In this document: positions 16,541-31,022 of the stretch, in pieces
How positions within the stretch are numbered: position 1 is the first letter of the stretch
Layout: every line of letters begins with the position of its first letter
NCBI RefSeq assembly: GCF_009914755.1
Contig: NC_060937.1
Reading direction: 5' to 3' (one strand)
Origin: the human T2T-CHM13v2.0 reference genome, Homo sapiens
Length of the DNA stretch: 64,000 nucleotides
Notes under the pieces: generated by a model
The model's input: only the letters and a program-made list of their open reading frames with translations
The model's database searches: none
What the model was told of the DNA's origin: nothing
Program-made: the position numbers and the translations under genes

Positions 16541-18396
16541 AGGGAAAGGGAACAGAAAAGGGAAAGGGAAAGAGAAGTCCAAACTCCTTATTGTAGCCTG
16601 TACTAGCATTTATTGAGCACTTGCTATATGCCAAAGACTTTGTTAGGTGTTTTGCATATATTAACTGATATAATCTTCACAACAGTCCTGTGAGGTTGAA
16701 ACTATTATTAACCTCATTTTACAAAGCAAGAGTGTAATAGGAAGGTTAAGTAACTTATCCAAATCACACAGCTAGTAAGTGGCCAACCTGGAATTCAAAG
16801 CACAGAGTCTGCCTCCAAAGCAAGAGTCTGGCCCCTTTATACCATCCAACTTGATGTCGTCATTTTGCTTTTCTTTAGCCACACTGGCCTTTTTATTCCT
16901 CAAGCACATCAGGCTTGCTCCCTGCATAGGAGTTGTGCACTGGCTGTTCCTCTGTCATCTCATCATTTAAGTCTCCATTCAAATGTCTTTTTCTCAGAGA
17001 GATTTTTGCCTTACCACTGTCTTTAAAATTACCCTCCCACATATACAGTGTCACCTTTTTCCTATTTTCATAGTAGCATTTACACTATCTGAATTGATCT
17101 TAATTCTTTTAATGTTTGTTTCTCTAGAAGTATTTACTTAATAACTGTTGTTGGATGGATGGTTGCTGACTATTGAGTATTGGCTAGTATAGTGGTTAAG
17201 GATATAGGCTTTGAAATCAGACTCCTGGGTTCATGTCACAGCCCCACTACTTAGTTGTATGAAGTTAGGCAAGTCACTTAACAATTCTTGGCCTCAGTTT
17301 CTCCATATGTAAAATAGAAATAATATCTCCCTTATAGGATTGTTATCAGAATTAAATAGAATAATGTGTATGTCTCTTAAAACAATTCATAACACCTAAG
17401 AACTCAAACCATGTTATTTGTTATTTATTTATTACACTTAAGTTTTTGTAGTAACAAATATTACTATTACTATAATATTGAATGAATGGCATACCCAGAA
17501 TACTCTTTGGAAAATCATGTTTCCAGGCCCTCCTCCAGGCCAACTGGGTTAGAATATCTGAGAAAAGGGCCCATGAATCTTTTAAAAATACATAGATTTT
17601 AGGGAGTCTGATAAATATCCAACCTTGGGAACTATGATAGTAGGCTTTTAGCATCACTATTTAGGATCAACCTGGACAGTTGTGTCTGTGTGACATCATC
17701 AGTGACATCATGACACTGCAGTGACACCATATAGTAATTTGTAATTTTGCTGAGATGTAAAGTGAGAGCAAGTCATTCTGATAAGTGGACCTAGAAGACC
17801 CTTACCACTCTCCCTAACATCCCCATTACAGTGCAGCCTCATTCTCTTCCCTGTATCTCTGTTGGCAAGCAGTAAAACTTAGAGTGACTCTAATTTTATT
17901 TCTGCTTGGAAAATCATCTCAAAAAGAAAACTAACCAAGAAATATGGGGATGCCAGGAAAGATTTTTTTTTTTTAAGTAGTGGTTCTACCGTAAACTGTA
18001 AGAAAAAAAAAAATCATGAAGCCATTGGGGTTTTTTTTTGTTTGTTTGTTTGTTTTTTTGTTTTTTTTGGCAGGTGCACCAACCAATGCAAAAACTGCAC
18101 ATTATCAAGGAAATTACATGCTATTGCTATATCTATAAGTTCGGGTTTATAAGTTCAGATATTAACAAAGCTTTTGTGAATCTCATGAAAGAGATTGTGT
18201 AAGACATGATTTCTGCCTTCCTAGAGCTGGAAAGACAAAACCACTGTACACAAACAACAGCAATTGAGATTAAAGTGAATAATAAATGATAGACAGCCAG
18301 TGCTGTTTATTTCAGAAAAGAAAGTGAAAAATATCAGCTAGAAGGGTTCATTGAAACAGTAGTGGCTAGTGATGACAAACAACAAGTGTTCTTTAG

Positions 18397-18529
18397 TTGC
18401 AGGACCAGCTCTGCCCCCTAATTATAAAAGCAGTAGTTCAGATTCATCAGACAGCGATGAAGACAGTAGTTCTTTGTACGAAGAAGGAAATCAAGAATCT
18501 GAAGAAGATGACAGTGGTCCAACTGCAAG
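18397..18529 (+). CDS. GPALPP1: GPALPP1 coding exon 2 (VAGPALPPNYKSSSSDSSDSDEDSSSLYEEGNQESEEDDSGPTAR)
   Basis: Acceptor ttctttag|TTGCA, donor AAG|gtcagt; 133 nt; frame continues from exon 1. Confidence 0.93.
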
Positions 18530-18747
18530 GTCAGTCATTTAATTAAATTAAATGATAGACCAAACTTCAGAGCTAGTATAAGTTGGCTGGAACAGATAGC
18601 TAGTAAGGGGATATCATATTTCCATTTATACAGCACAGGGAGAAATCATTTTGTGTGGCATTTCATCCTGAATTATACCTTTTACAAAGAAATTTATTCT
18701 AGTAGTTTGCAGCTATAGAGATATCTAGAATTTCAATATATATGTAT

Positions 18748-20170
<1,423 letters not shown>

Positions 20171-20291
20171 TTAATTTATTGTTGCAGTGTTTATACAACT
20201 AGATTTAATGCTTTTTTAAAAAAAATTAAAATGTGCTTTTGTGAAAAAAATTTTGACATATATGCATAAAGTTATACTACTATGTTTTCAG

Positions 20292-20393
20292 AAAACAGAG
20301 GAAAAATCAGGATGATGACGATGATGATGATGATGGGTTTTTTGGACCAGCCCTTCCTCCTGGATTTAAAAAGCAGGATGATTCTCCTCCAAG
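20292..20393 (+). CDS. GPALPP1: GPALPP1 coding exon 3 (KQRKNQDDDDDDDDGFFGPALPPGFKKQDDSPPR)
   Basis: Acceptor gttttcag|, donor AAG|gtgata; 102 nt; poly-Asp and third GPALPP motif. Confidence 0.95.
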
Positions 20394-21168
20394 GTGATAA
20401 TGTGTAATATTTTAGGCCAGTCTTTCTTTAAATATTTTAACTAATGAATCTTTAATGAATTAAAGAATTGTCTGAAATTATGTTTTAACTGAAATATTTA
20501 TATAACATTTTGAAATGGGTCATTCACCAGGAAAAGAAGTTGTTTCCTACAATAAAAATAATTATTTACATGTTTATGACACTTTCATAGTTTACAAAAA
20601 ACTTCCACATCTGTTATTTGATATTCACAAAAGTGTTTTGTGGTAAACGAGGTGGATCACCCCTCTCCCCACTTTATAAACAGATAAGGTCACACACATA
20701 GTAGCAGACCTGGAGCTAGAATCTTGATGTTGTGACTTTTAATTCAGTTGTTTTCTTAATTATTTATCAATAGAAGAAACACATCCCCATGTGCCATGTT
20801 AGACAATTGGACTAACTTCTCTGAATCTTAAATTTGTTATCTGTAAGCTAGGATAACAGCATGTACTTTACAGAATTGTGATGATTGAGGTTTCATAGTT
20901 ACATACCTTGACTTTGTGTGTGGGTGTTTAATTTATATGGAGCCTGGCACAGAGTAAGTATATAGTAAATATTTATTCCTGTCTTCTTCCCAGAATTGTA
21001 AAATTTTTAAATGCCAAATATAAGATCGCACATCAAATTGTTTATAATTCATAATACTGTATACCAATATGCAAGAACAAGCAGAAAAGGCTTTTTATTT
21101 TATATTCAAAGTTTATAATCACATTTGGCAGCTCCTAACTTCCATTAACTTTAGTTGTTTCAGATATA

Positions 21169-21326
21169 CAGGGATAGGCAATCTACAGTCCCCAAACTAA
21201 AAATGATTTTTGCATTTTTGAGAGTAGCTGAAAAAACAAAGACAGATATGCCACAGAGACCCACATGTGGCTCTCAAAGCCTAAGAGTTACTATCTAGCC
21301 CTTTATAGAAAGTTTGCTGACCCCTA
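21169..21326. mobile_element. MER58-like hAT MITE
   Basis: Ends cagggataggcaa ... tttgctgacccct; internal aaagcctaa...ctatctagccctttatagaaa. Confidence 0.65.
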
Positions 21327-22884
21327 GGATGTAACATTCCTTTTAAGAAAACATATTACTTAAATGTATACCAATTTTATTCTTAAGAATATTATTTTGG
21401 CAATAATAAAATGTATGTGTAAAATAAACAGCTGGCATTATATATTGGAGTTAGAAACCTTTTATAGTATCATAACATGCCATGGTTTTATTCCTTTACT
21501 ATGTTTTATGATTTTATATACCAGTAATTTTATCACCACCAATCCCCTGAGGCCAGAAAGTTAAGCTATAATTGCATTTGTAGATTGCTAAAAATTGTAC
21601 TCAGAAAAAACCTATGCTGTACTCATAGCTTATAAATGATACCTAATTTTATCTTTTTAACAGTGCCAAACTTCCCTGTCTTTCATAAGCAAATTGTTCT
21701 GCTCAAAGAAGTTTCATGAATCAAGACAAGAGATTATTAAATGGTCAGGATGGGAACCCAGACTTTCTGACTGTCAGTACTGTTATTTCCCCTGCCAGGA
21801 TGCCTGTCTGTGGGGTTCTGATAGAACATGGTGCAACCTGGAAATTTTAGCTTAGGACTTCAGTGCCATCTGGGTTGGTAACACTGGCACAGTGACAACT
21901 ATGGAAAAAACATTTGTACAAAAGCAAGGATGAAGAATCTTAAAAGTGTGAAAGAGAGCATTTTTTTATTTTTTATTTTTATCTTTTTAATTTTTTCCTT
22001 CATAAAGTAAGGCTGTCTCCTTTTAAGACCCAGTGTTAAGGCAAGTCTCTCTTTTGAAGTGATGACAGTTGCCTCATTATTTGGCAGTAGGGCAGCTGGA
22101 AAGAAAATGCACTTTGACATCAAGTAGACCAGGGTTTAAACTCTAGCTCAGCCACTTACTAATTGTGTTAATCTTGGACATGATTTTGCTCATCTTAAAA
22201 GTGGAGTGACTTACACTGACCAGGATTGTTTTAAGGAAACAGATGCACTGCTTGAAATATGGTTAGCACGGTACCCTTTTCCCTTTCTGTGGGTCTTAAT
22301 GAACTAGCTGCATTCTTCTACAGTTCCACATCATTACTGAGGACAATGTATAGATTTTTAATACTGCCATGTTATATAGACCACAGATTGCTGGCATTGT
22401 CTGCACATGCTATATATGTCCTTAGAAGAACTCAATTTCTACTTTGGTAGTTCTGACCATAATTATAATGCCCCTAAGGTATCTTTCACGGGATAATGAA
22501 TCTCAAAACTGAAGGAAAGCCAAGGCACAAAATAAAAAAAGACCATCACAGATTTTAGTACATCAATTTTTTTAAAACATTGCCATTTTTATTTAATATA
22601 GTTCTTTTTAGGAAGTGTGCATATGCCAGTGTCACAAAGATTGAGAATTATTGGCTTAGTCTCTAATTATTGACTAACAAGTAGAAAAGTCAAATGTGAA
22701 AATTAGGTTTTTAAAAGACGTCTAGCAGAAAGATACTAGGTAATACTAGTAAAAATAAAGTGTTAAATAAAATTCTTATTTTCAACATTTGTCACTATTT
22801 GGCTTTATTATTTTTGTGAACTTTTATTCTTATAACTGCTTTTTAAAGTCAGGGAGAATGATAAAAGTACATTTTATTTTTCAG

Positions 22885-22969
22885 GCCCATAATAGGTCCT
22901 GCATTGCCACCTGGTTTCATTAAATCTACACAGAAAAGTGACAAGGGCAGAGATGATCCAGGACAACAG
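22885..22969 (+). CDS. GPALPP1: GPALPP1 coding exon 4 (PIIGPALPPGFIKSTQKSDKGRDDPGQQ)
   Basis: Acceptor tttttcag|, donor CAG|gtatca; 85 nt; fourth GPALPP motif. Confidence 0.92.
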
Positions 22970-24792
22970 GTATCATCATCCCATTTCAACTCTAAGGTTT
23001 GGAAAGTTTTCATTGAAAGAATAAGATGTATTGTAACAAACTCCAAACTTTATGCATGCAGTTACTACAACCACTGGACTCAACTGTAATGTAAGACTCA
23101 GTTATATTCAGATTAATTTAAGATTGTAACATAAGTAGATGAAATAAAAAGCTGTTCACAAACCTGAGATTCTGTTAGGAAAATAACAGGATTGACGGGG
23201 TGTTACCTATTCATACTTCTTATCTTTGAAGGGGGACTTTAAGGTGTTAGAAGGATGGAACATGAAGAAAAGTTTAAGGAATGATTGTGATTTGGCCTTT
23301 AGGAGAGAAGGTTGAAGAGCTTTTTAACAATGGTCTTTACCTTGAAATTTACTTTCTCCTAACTAAGCTTTAGTATCTGTGTATAAAAAAATGCACTGGT
23401 GGATAAGTGATTTTAGGAAAAGATAGACCAAATGACTTTGGAGTAAAGTATAAAGGCTGTTTTTCTCCTTAACAAGAGTTGAGATTTGTAGAGTACTTTA
23501 CAATTTGTAATGCATTTTCCCTGTATGTGGACCTTATTTTATCTTCTCCACGGTTTCATGAAATAGATATTATCTGCACCTTACAAATGCTAAAGACCAA
23601 AAAAATTGGGTACCTTACCCAAGATTACACAATTTTTACTGATCAAAGCCATGGCACAAACCCAGTTCTTATGACTTTAAATCACTTGTTCAATCTGTTA
23701 TACTGCAGTGCCTTCCTATGTATGAATTCATATATTCCAGAGACTCCTGTTTATCTCCACTAAGAATTCAACAGTTACACTGAGGTTGTTACTCAAAGGA
23801 TGTATAATGCAGTGGTTAAAATTATGAATTTCAGAGTCATTTACTTATTCTTTCAACAAATGCTCATAGAACACCCACAGTGTGGCAGGCACATAGTCAC
23901 AGAAATGAATCTGTCAACAAATTATTTTGTTCCTATCTTCATAAGACATCCAGGACTCAGCCACTTCTGCTCCCACCCTGGTCCAAATAACCATCAAATT
24001 TCACCCCTTTTATTGATTTTCATGCTTTATGTAGCCCTTTCTCCTCTATTACCCCTTCTCAACACAACAGCTGAAGGGGTCCAGATGAAACAAAGGCAGA
24101 TCAAAGTCAGATCATGTCACTAACACTCAAAACCACCAAATTACTCCTCCTCTCCCTAAGTCAAAACCAAAGTCCTTTTAGGGCCCTATACAGTCTGGCC
24201 TCTATTAGCACTCTGATTTTATCTTTTGCTTTGATGTGACCACACTGGGCTCCTTGCTGTTCCTCCTCAAATACAGCAGGCCACTTCCTACTCCTGAGCC
24301 TTTATGCCTGCTGTCCAAGCCTATGCAAAATGGTCTTCTCCTACATATCTATGTGGCTGGCCTCCTAGACCTTCAGTTTTTTTGCTGGAATATTATCTTT
24401 CCAATACAGTCATCTCTGGCCTCCAAATTAAAATATGCTAACCTCCTCTTCCCTTCTTTAATTTTCCCCATAGTATTTATTACCACCGAAGATACTATTA
24501 ATTTTACTGCTTCTTTTTGTTTATTGTTGACCTCTTTCCGCTAGAATGTGGCTCCATAATAACAGAGATTTTTTTTATCTTATCACCAGTGCCTTATACA
24601 TAGTAGATATTCAGAAGTATTTGTCGAATGAATGAATGAATCAAACACAGTGCCTGCCCTCATCACACTTACAAGGTAGTGGGGAATACATACATCAGTT
24701 TCTAACATTGTCAATTATTCAAAAGATGAGACAAAATATAAATGGAACCATGATGGGGGAATGTAATCTGAAAATGAGAAAAAGTCTTTTTC

Positions 24793-25156
<364 letters not shown>

Positions 25157-25439
25157 TCAGCAAAGAAGGCAAGGAACATTGTTCCAGAGAGAGCAGATGG
25201 TTTATTTGAAGGCAAAAGAGAGTGTGGAGAGGATGAAAGTTAGGGTTAAAGAAGTTCAATATGGTTAGAATGGAGAATGCAGGGAGAATGGTGAGAGAGA
25301 AGGTGAGGAAAGTAGGTAAGAGCTGTTCAAAGCTTTGCGTTGAGCCTAGCTTGGGTACGCTTAGCTTCATGATCAGTAACATGCAGGTCATTACACTTAC
25401 TTCATAGGGTTGTTATAAGGATTAAATCAGAATAGTAGT

Positions 25440-25812
25440 TGTATTAGTCCATTTTCACACTGCTAATAAAGACATACCCAAGATTGCGTAATTTATAAGG
25501 AAAGAGGTTTAATTGACTCACAGTTTAGCATGGCTGGGGAGGCCTCAGGAAACCTACAATCACGGTGGAAGGGGAAGCAAACACGTCCATCTTCACATGG
25601 CAGCACCAAGGAGAAGACTGAGTGCCCAGCGAAGGGGGAAGCCCCTGATGAAACCATCAGATCTTGTGAGAACAAACTCACTATCACAAGAACAGGATGG
25701 GGGAAACCACCCCATGATTGAATTATCTCCACCTGGTCCCTCCGACACGTGGGGATTATGGGAACTGCAATTCAAGATGAGATTTGGGTGGGGACACAGC
25801 CAAACCATATCA
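25440..25812 (-). mobile_element. THE1-type MaLR solo LTR (antisense)
   Basis: tgtattagtccattttcacactgct ... gagatttgggtggggacacagccaaaccatatca. Confidence 0.9.
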
Positions 25813-27057
25813 GCAAGTATTCAACTTCAAATAGCTCTCATTATTACCATTGTTCTTATTGCCTCCACTATGGATGCCATGAGTGTAACTGAAGAATTTA
25901 GGCTAAGTACGAGGACTCCTTTCTAACAAGGGCGTTGAAGAAAAAATTACCAGAGGAAGGACTTCCAGCCATATGGAAGACTGAGATGACATCGTCAGGC
26001 TAGGCTTTCCCTGCCATGAACACAAAGGAGTGCTAGGGGAAGAAATAAAATAACAACCATTTTAAAACACAGCAAAGCTCAAAAGGAAGAAAGGAAAATT
26101 CACACATACTAACAACATTGAGGGAATTCAAAGCCAGACACAGGTTTACACAGCAGGGGACTACAGTCGTTTTAGAGAACCCAGTCATAAACCCTAGAGA
26201 ATCTGGGAACAGGAGCCCTGGCTTCTGGCTCACTCAGCCAGAGGAGATTGAATTGAGCACCATGCATAAAACCTGCAGCCTCAAAGTTCTGCTCTGTCTG
26301 TAAAAGGAGGACAAGGGGACTAGAGGACCAGAGAAATGTAACCCACTGTCCCTAGGAAGGTGGCAAGGAAATTTGCTTCTGCCTAGAGCCTTGTCATTCT
26401 ATCTGTAACCTACTTTCAAATGGTTCTGAAAAAAAGTGTGTGTCTGTCTATCTCGTGGGGAGAGGGACAGAAAACAAACCAAAAAAAATGAATGTGTTAA
26501 AATGTAATGTGCCACTCAGTTGGTAAATCTGAGTGATGACATATTGGTGTTTATTGCACTCATCTTAGCACTTTTATATAGGTTCAAAATTTTTCAAAAT
26601 AAAAAATTGGGGAAAAAAATTTTCAAAGGAGTAGCACAATTCAGCATTATTCACACTTGGAATTTTGTCCTAACCTACCTAGTTAGCAAATGAGTAGCTT
26701 ACATCGTTTCCTTGGTGGTACACATTCTACATTCCCTGGCTTCTTTTGGTAGAAGGCGAGGGTCAGGCTGGGACAGAGATTACACTGTAGGTCCATATGT
26801 GAGGTGTTCTTGCTCTGATTGTTTGCCTTATAATTTCCCTTTAATTGAACCTTTTTCAAAAGACCTTTCTTTTTCAGTTTTGAGATTTTCGTTTCTCAAA
26901 GATGGGCTTTTCTTTGCCTCATTCCCGGCATATACCCCCAAATTAAGACATACACAATAATATTAATGGTTGACATTTCTTGAGCACTTACCACAAGCCA
27001 GACACTGCAACAGCAGCATAAACTTAACTTAATCCAAACAACAATCCAGGGAGGTAG

Positions 27058-27770
27058 TGTATCAGCTGAATGCCTTCAGCTACAAATAACAGAAAATCCA
27101 ACTCAAAATGGAACTTTATCTTAACCTACTTAGTTAGCAAATGGGTTAATTTACTTGGTGATGTATGTTCTGTATTCTCAAAATAAGGAAAATATGTTTC
27201 ATACATAATAAGAGGTCAAGAGGTAAGATCATCCCAGGCTTGATTAATTCCTTCGCCTCGTGATATCATCAAAGGCTCCAGTTTTTCCACCTTCCTGCTC
27301 TATAAGAGAATTAACAGTATGTTAATTCTGCCTTCATCATACCAAGCAGCCTGCCAAAGTTCTAAGACTGAGGCTGACTGCCTTCATCATACCAAGAAGC
27401 CTGCCAAAGTTCTAAGACTTATAAGCAGCTGGCAGTGTCCAGACACAGAAGAGGAATGGTCCTTTCCCTGTGCCTCTTTTGTAGAGAAAGGAAAATCTCT
27501 ACCAGTTTCCTACAGACCTTTTGTGTTTATTTCACAAAAATTGTGTCATGTCCATGCCTAAACCAGTCAGCTGAGCAAGAAGAATAAGACCAAAGTGACT
27601 ACTTTGTAATATTTTGTAAACATGTCCATACAATAGTTACTACTTTTTTTTAGTGACTGGACTAGAATTACCAATATTTTTCCCCAGGTGTTAGAGAAGG
27701 CCCCAGTTCCCTAAGAAGGGTGTGGCTTTAAAGAGGATAAAGAAAATGCAGGCTTCTCTTGGCAATAGAG
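27058..27770. mobile_element. Old MLT1-like MaLR LTR remnant
   Basis: tgtatcag...tacaaataacagaaaatccaactcaaaatgg start typical of antisense MLT1J/K-type LTRs; highly diverged. Confidence 0.5.
27328..27419. repeat. 42-bp direct duplication with 8-bp spacer
   Basis: ctgccttcatcataccaag[c/a]agcctgccaaagttctaagact at 27328-27369 and 27378-27419. Confidence 0.95.
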
Positions 27771-29041
27771 TAGTTATTGGTAGAAGCTGTTATAATTTCC
27801 ATGCCAAAGACAGGAAAATCAGGGCTTAGAAAGGTTAAATAACATGCCTGAAGTCACAGGGCTAGTACAATGGCAAATGAGGCCTTCAACAAAGTCAGCC
27901 CAAAGTATAAACTGGTAAGGTACCTAATTTCTATTGTAATTCTGGATAAAATGTGCACCATTTTTTTTATTAAAAGAAATAACTCATCCAGGACACCAAA
28001 ATAATTTAATACCCATAGATAGGAATTGGGCATATTCTGTTTCTGATTTTCAGTTTAGTGTGTTTGGCCTAATTTTCTGTTTGCTTCTCCATCCCTGCTT
28101 TTGTTTGCCCCTGAACGTAAGTGATACTTATTTCTAAAAATTGCAGGCATCATCCTACCAGGACATGCTGAAATTCTACCTTTATTAAACCATCTCTTAT
28201 TAAGATGGAAGTGAGACGATCATTAGCTTATTCCACTAATACTGTATTGGTACCATGACTCTTAGAGTTTGTGTTTTGTTTTGTTTTCATGTCTCATAGT
28301 TTTAAAATTTCATTATAGCTTTTACATCTGAACATTTTGCATCACCAAATATTTATATCTGTAGGGGGTTATAAATATGTTTAATATAATGTCTGTAACA
28401 TCAGAAAGCTTACTATTGTAGATATAAGCTAGAAACACTTAATGCTAAATCACTAACAGTTGAGATAAAATAATAGACAGGCCACTGTTGTATACATGGA
28501 AAAAATATACTGGCCTTGATCTTGGAATGTTTCATTCTTGGATAATAGTTTTATTACACTCTAAGCCTAAGTTTCCTCCAAAAAAAAAGAAACCAGAAAT
28601 AGTGCCATTTTACAGTTTTGTTACAAGGATCAAATGAGGTATATGACAAAATCCATAGTTATTAAGAGTATGTTTGTGTGTGTGTGTGTATTAGAGTAAG
28701 CCACAAGACAGTATATAGTTGTCTAATTATTGTACTATGCTGAAAAGAGCTCTAAGTCTACATCTGTGTCCTTCAGGAAGAGAGTGAGGTCTGTCATGGA
28801 CACAGGAAGAGAGGTGGGAGGTGGGAGAGAGTCTGCATGCCATGGATTTGTCATCTCTGTGCTAGGCACTTGAGGAAGGTGAGGAAAAAGTCCTCATGGT
28901 TCAGTGATGAGCCAGCAATACATTGTTTACTTTTTTATTTTTTATGGATAATAAGTTTCAGTTAAATGCAGGTAATTTAGAATTATTTTTTATAACCTGT
29001 AGCTCTGCTCTTGGTTTAAAGGTAATGTCTTGTTTTAAAAG

Positions 29042-29173
29042 GAAACAGACAGCAGTGAAGATGAGGATATTATTGGACCAATGCCTGCAAAAGGACCAGT
29101 TAACTATAATGTAACGACAGAGTTTGAAAAAAGGGCCCAGAGAATGAAAGAAAAACTGACCAAAGGAGATGAT
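29042..29173 (+). CDS. GPALPP1: GPALPP1 coding exon 5 (ETDSSEDEDIIGPMPAKGPVNYNVTTEFEKRAQRMKEKLTKGDD)
   Basis: Acceptor tgttttaaaag|, donor GAT|gtaagt; 132 nt, phase 0-0. Confidence 0.93.
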
Positions 29174-29521
29174 GTAAGTTTTAAAAACACTTTAAGAAAT
29201 ACACTAAATAGATTAAAAATCTAAATTTTAGAAATAAACACTAAACTATATAACTTTTAATATATTTTGTTTTTATGCATAACATTTTTTTAAATTTAGG
29301 AGTTAGAACCCAGAAACTCTAAAAGAAAAATAACAAATTGGATGAACGTCTTTGTAACTTATATGACAAATATATGTGACAAAAACATCGATCCTTTATA
29401 TTAGAGTTTGTTAAGTAACTTTAAAACTTCAATTGCATGACACAGTTGCTTGTACATATATATGTACTCATCTTATACACGATATGTACTTTCTATGCTG
29501 TGTTTTTTTTTTCTCTTAAAG

Positions 29522-29686
29522 GATTCATCTAAACCCATTGTAAGAGAGTCATGGATGACTGAACTTCCTCCAGAAATGAAAGACTTTGGTCTTGGGCCAA
29601 GGACTTTTAAGAGAAGAGCTGATGACACATCTGGAGATCGATCAATCTGGACAGATACTCCAGCTGATAGGGAAAGGAAAGCTAAG
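29522..29686 (+). CDS. GPALPP1: GPALPP1 coding exon 6 (DSSKPIVRESWMTELPPEMKDFGLGPRTFKRRADDTSGDRSIWTDTPADRERKAK)
   Basis: Acceptor ttctcttaaag|, donor AAG|gtgaga; 165 nt; RESWM and WTDTP motifs typical of the DUF3752-type C-terminal region. Confidence 0.95.
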
Positions 29687-30260
29687 GTGAGAGGTTTTGT
29701 TTGTTTGTTCATGTATTTCTGTTCATGTTGGCTGGATTTTGAAAAGATATAATGCAAAATTATTTAAGGGTACTATTTTTTAAAATTATGATTCCAAAAG
29801 GATAATGCGGATTTTCCTCTGGAGGAAGAGTATGAGGAAGGAAAGTGACACCAATTGCTTGCTGTTTACTTACTATTTCCCAATAAACGGTCTCATTTAA
29901 ACCTCAAGAAAACTCTGAGACATAGGTATAATGGCCTTATTTTATAGATGGAGAAACTATCCTCTATGAGGTCAACGTTTCTAGGGTCACAAAGCTAGTA
30001 AGTGATGAAAAATAATTTCATTTTAGACCTTTCTAGCTCCAGATTCCCTGGTCTTTTTACACCATACTATCTTTATGAACATATATCTTTTAAAATATTT
30101 TAGAAAAAAAAAACAAAGCTGCAGATTAACCTAGCAAATTAAATGGTGCCTAGAGAATTTCTCTCAAAATGACCATATCTCAGGTGCACTAAGCTTCATG
30201 TTACTGTCAAGATAGACAAGAACCACTGTCATTAATACAGTAAGTTATCCAAAAAATACC

Positions 30261-31022
<762 letters not shown>

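Noticed and set aside
20311-20334. (GAT)n poly-Asp tract as an anomaly
   Set aside because: Eight codons with a GAC interruption, in frame and consistent with a 340-aa product
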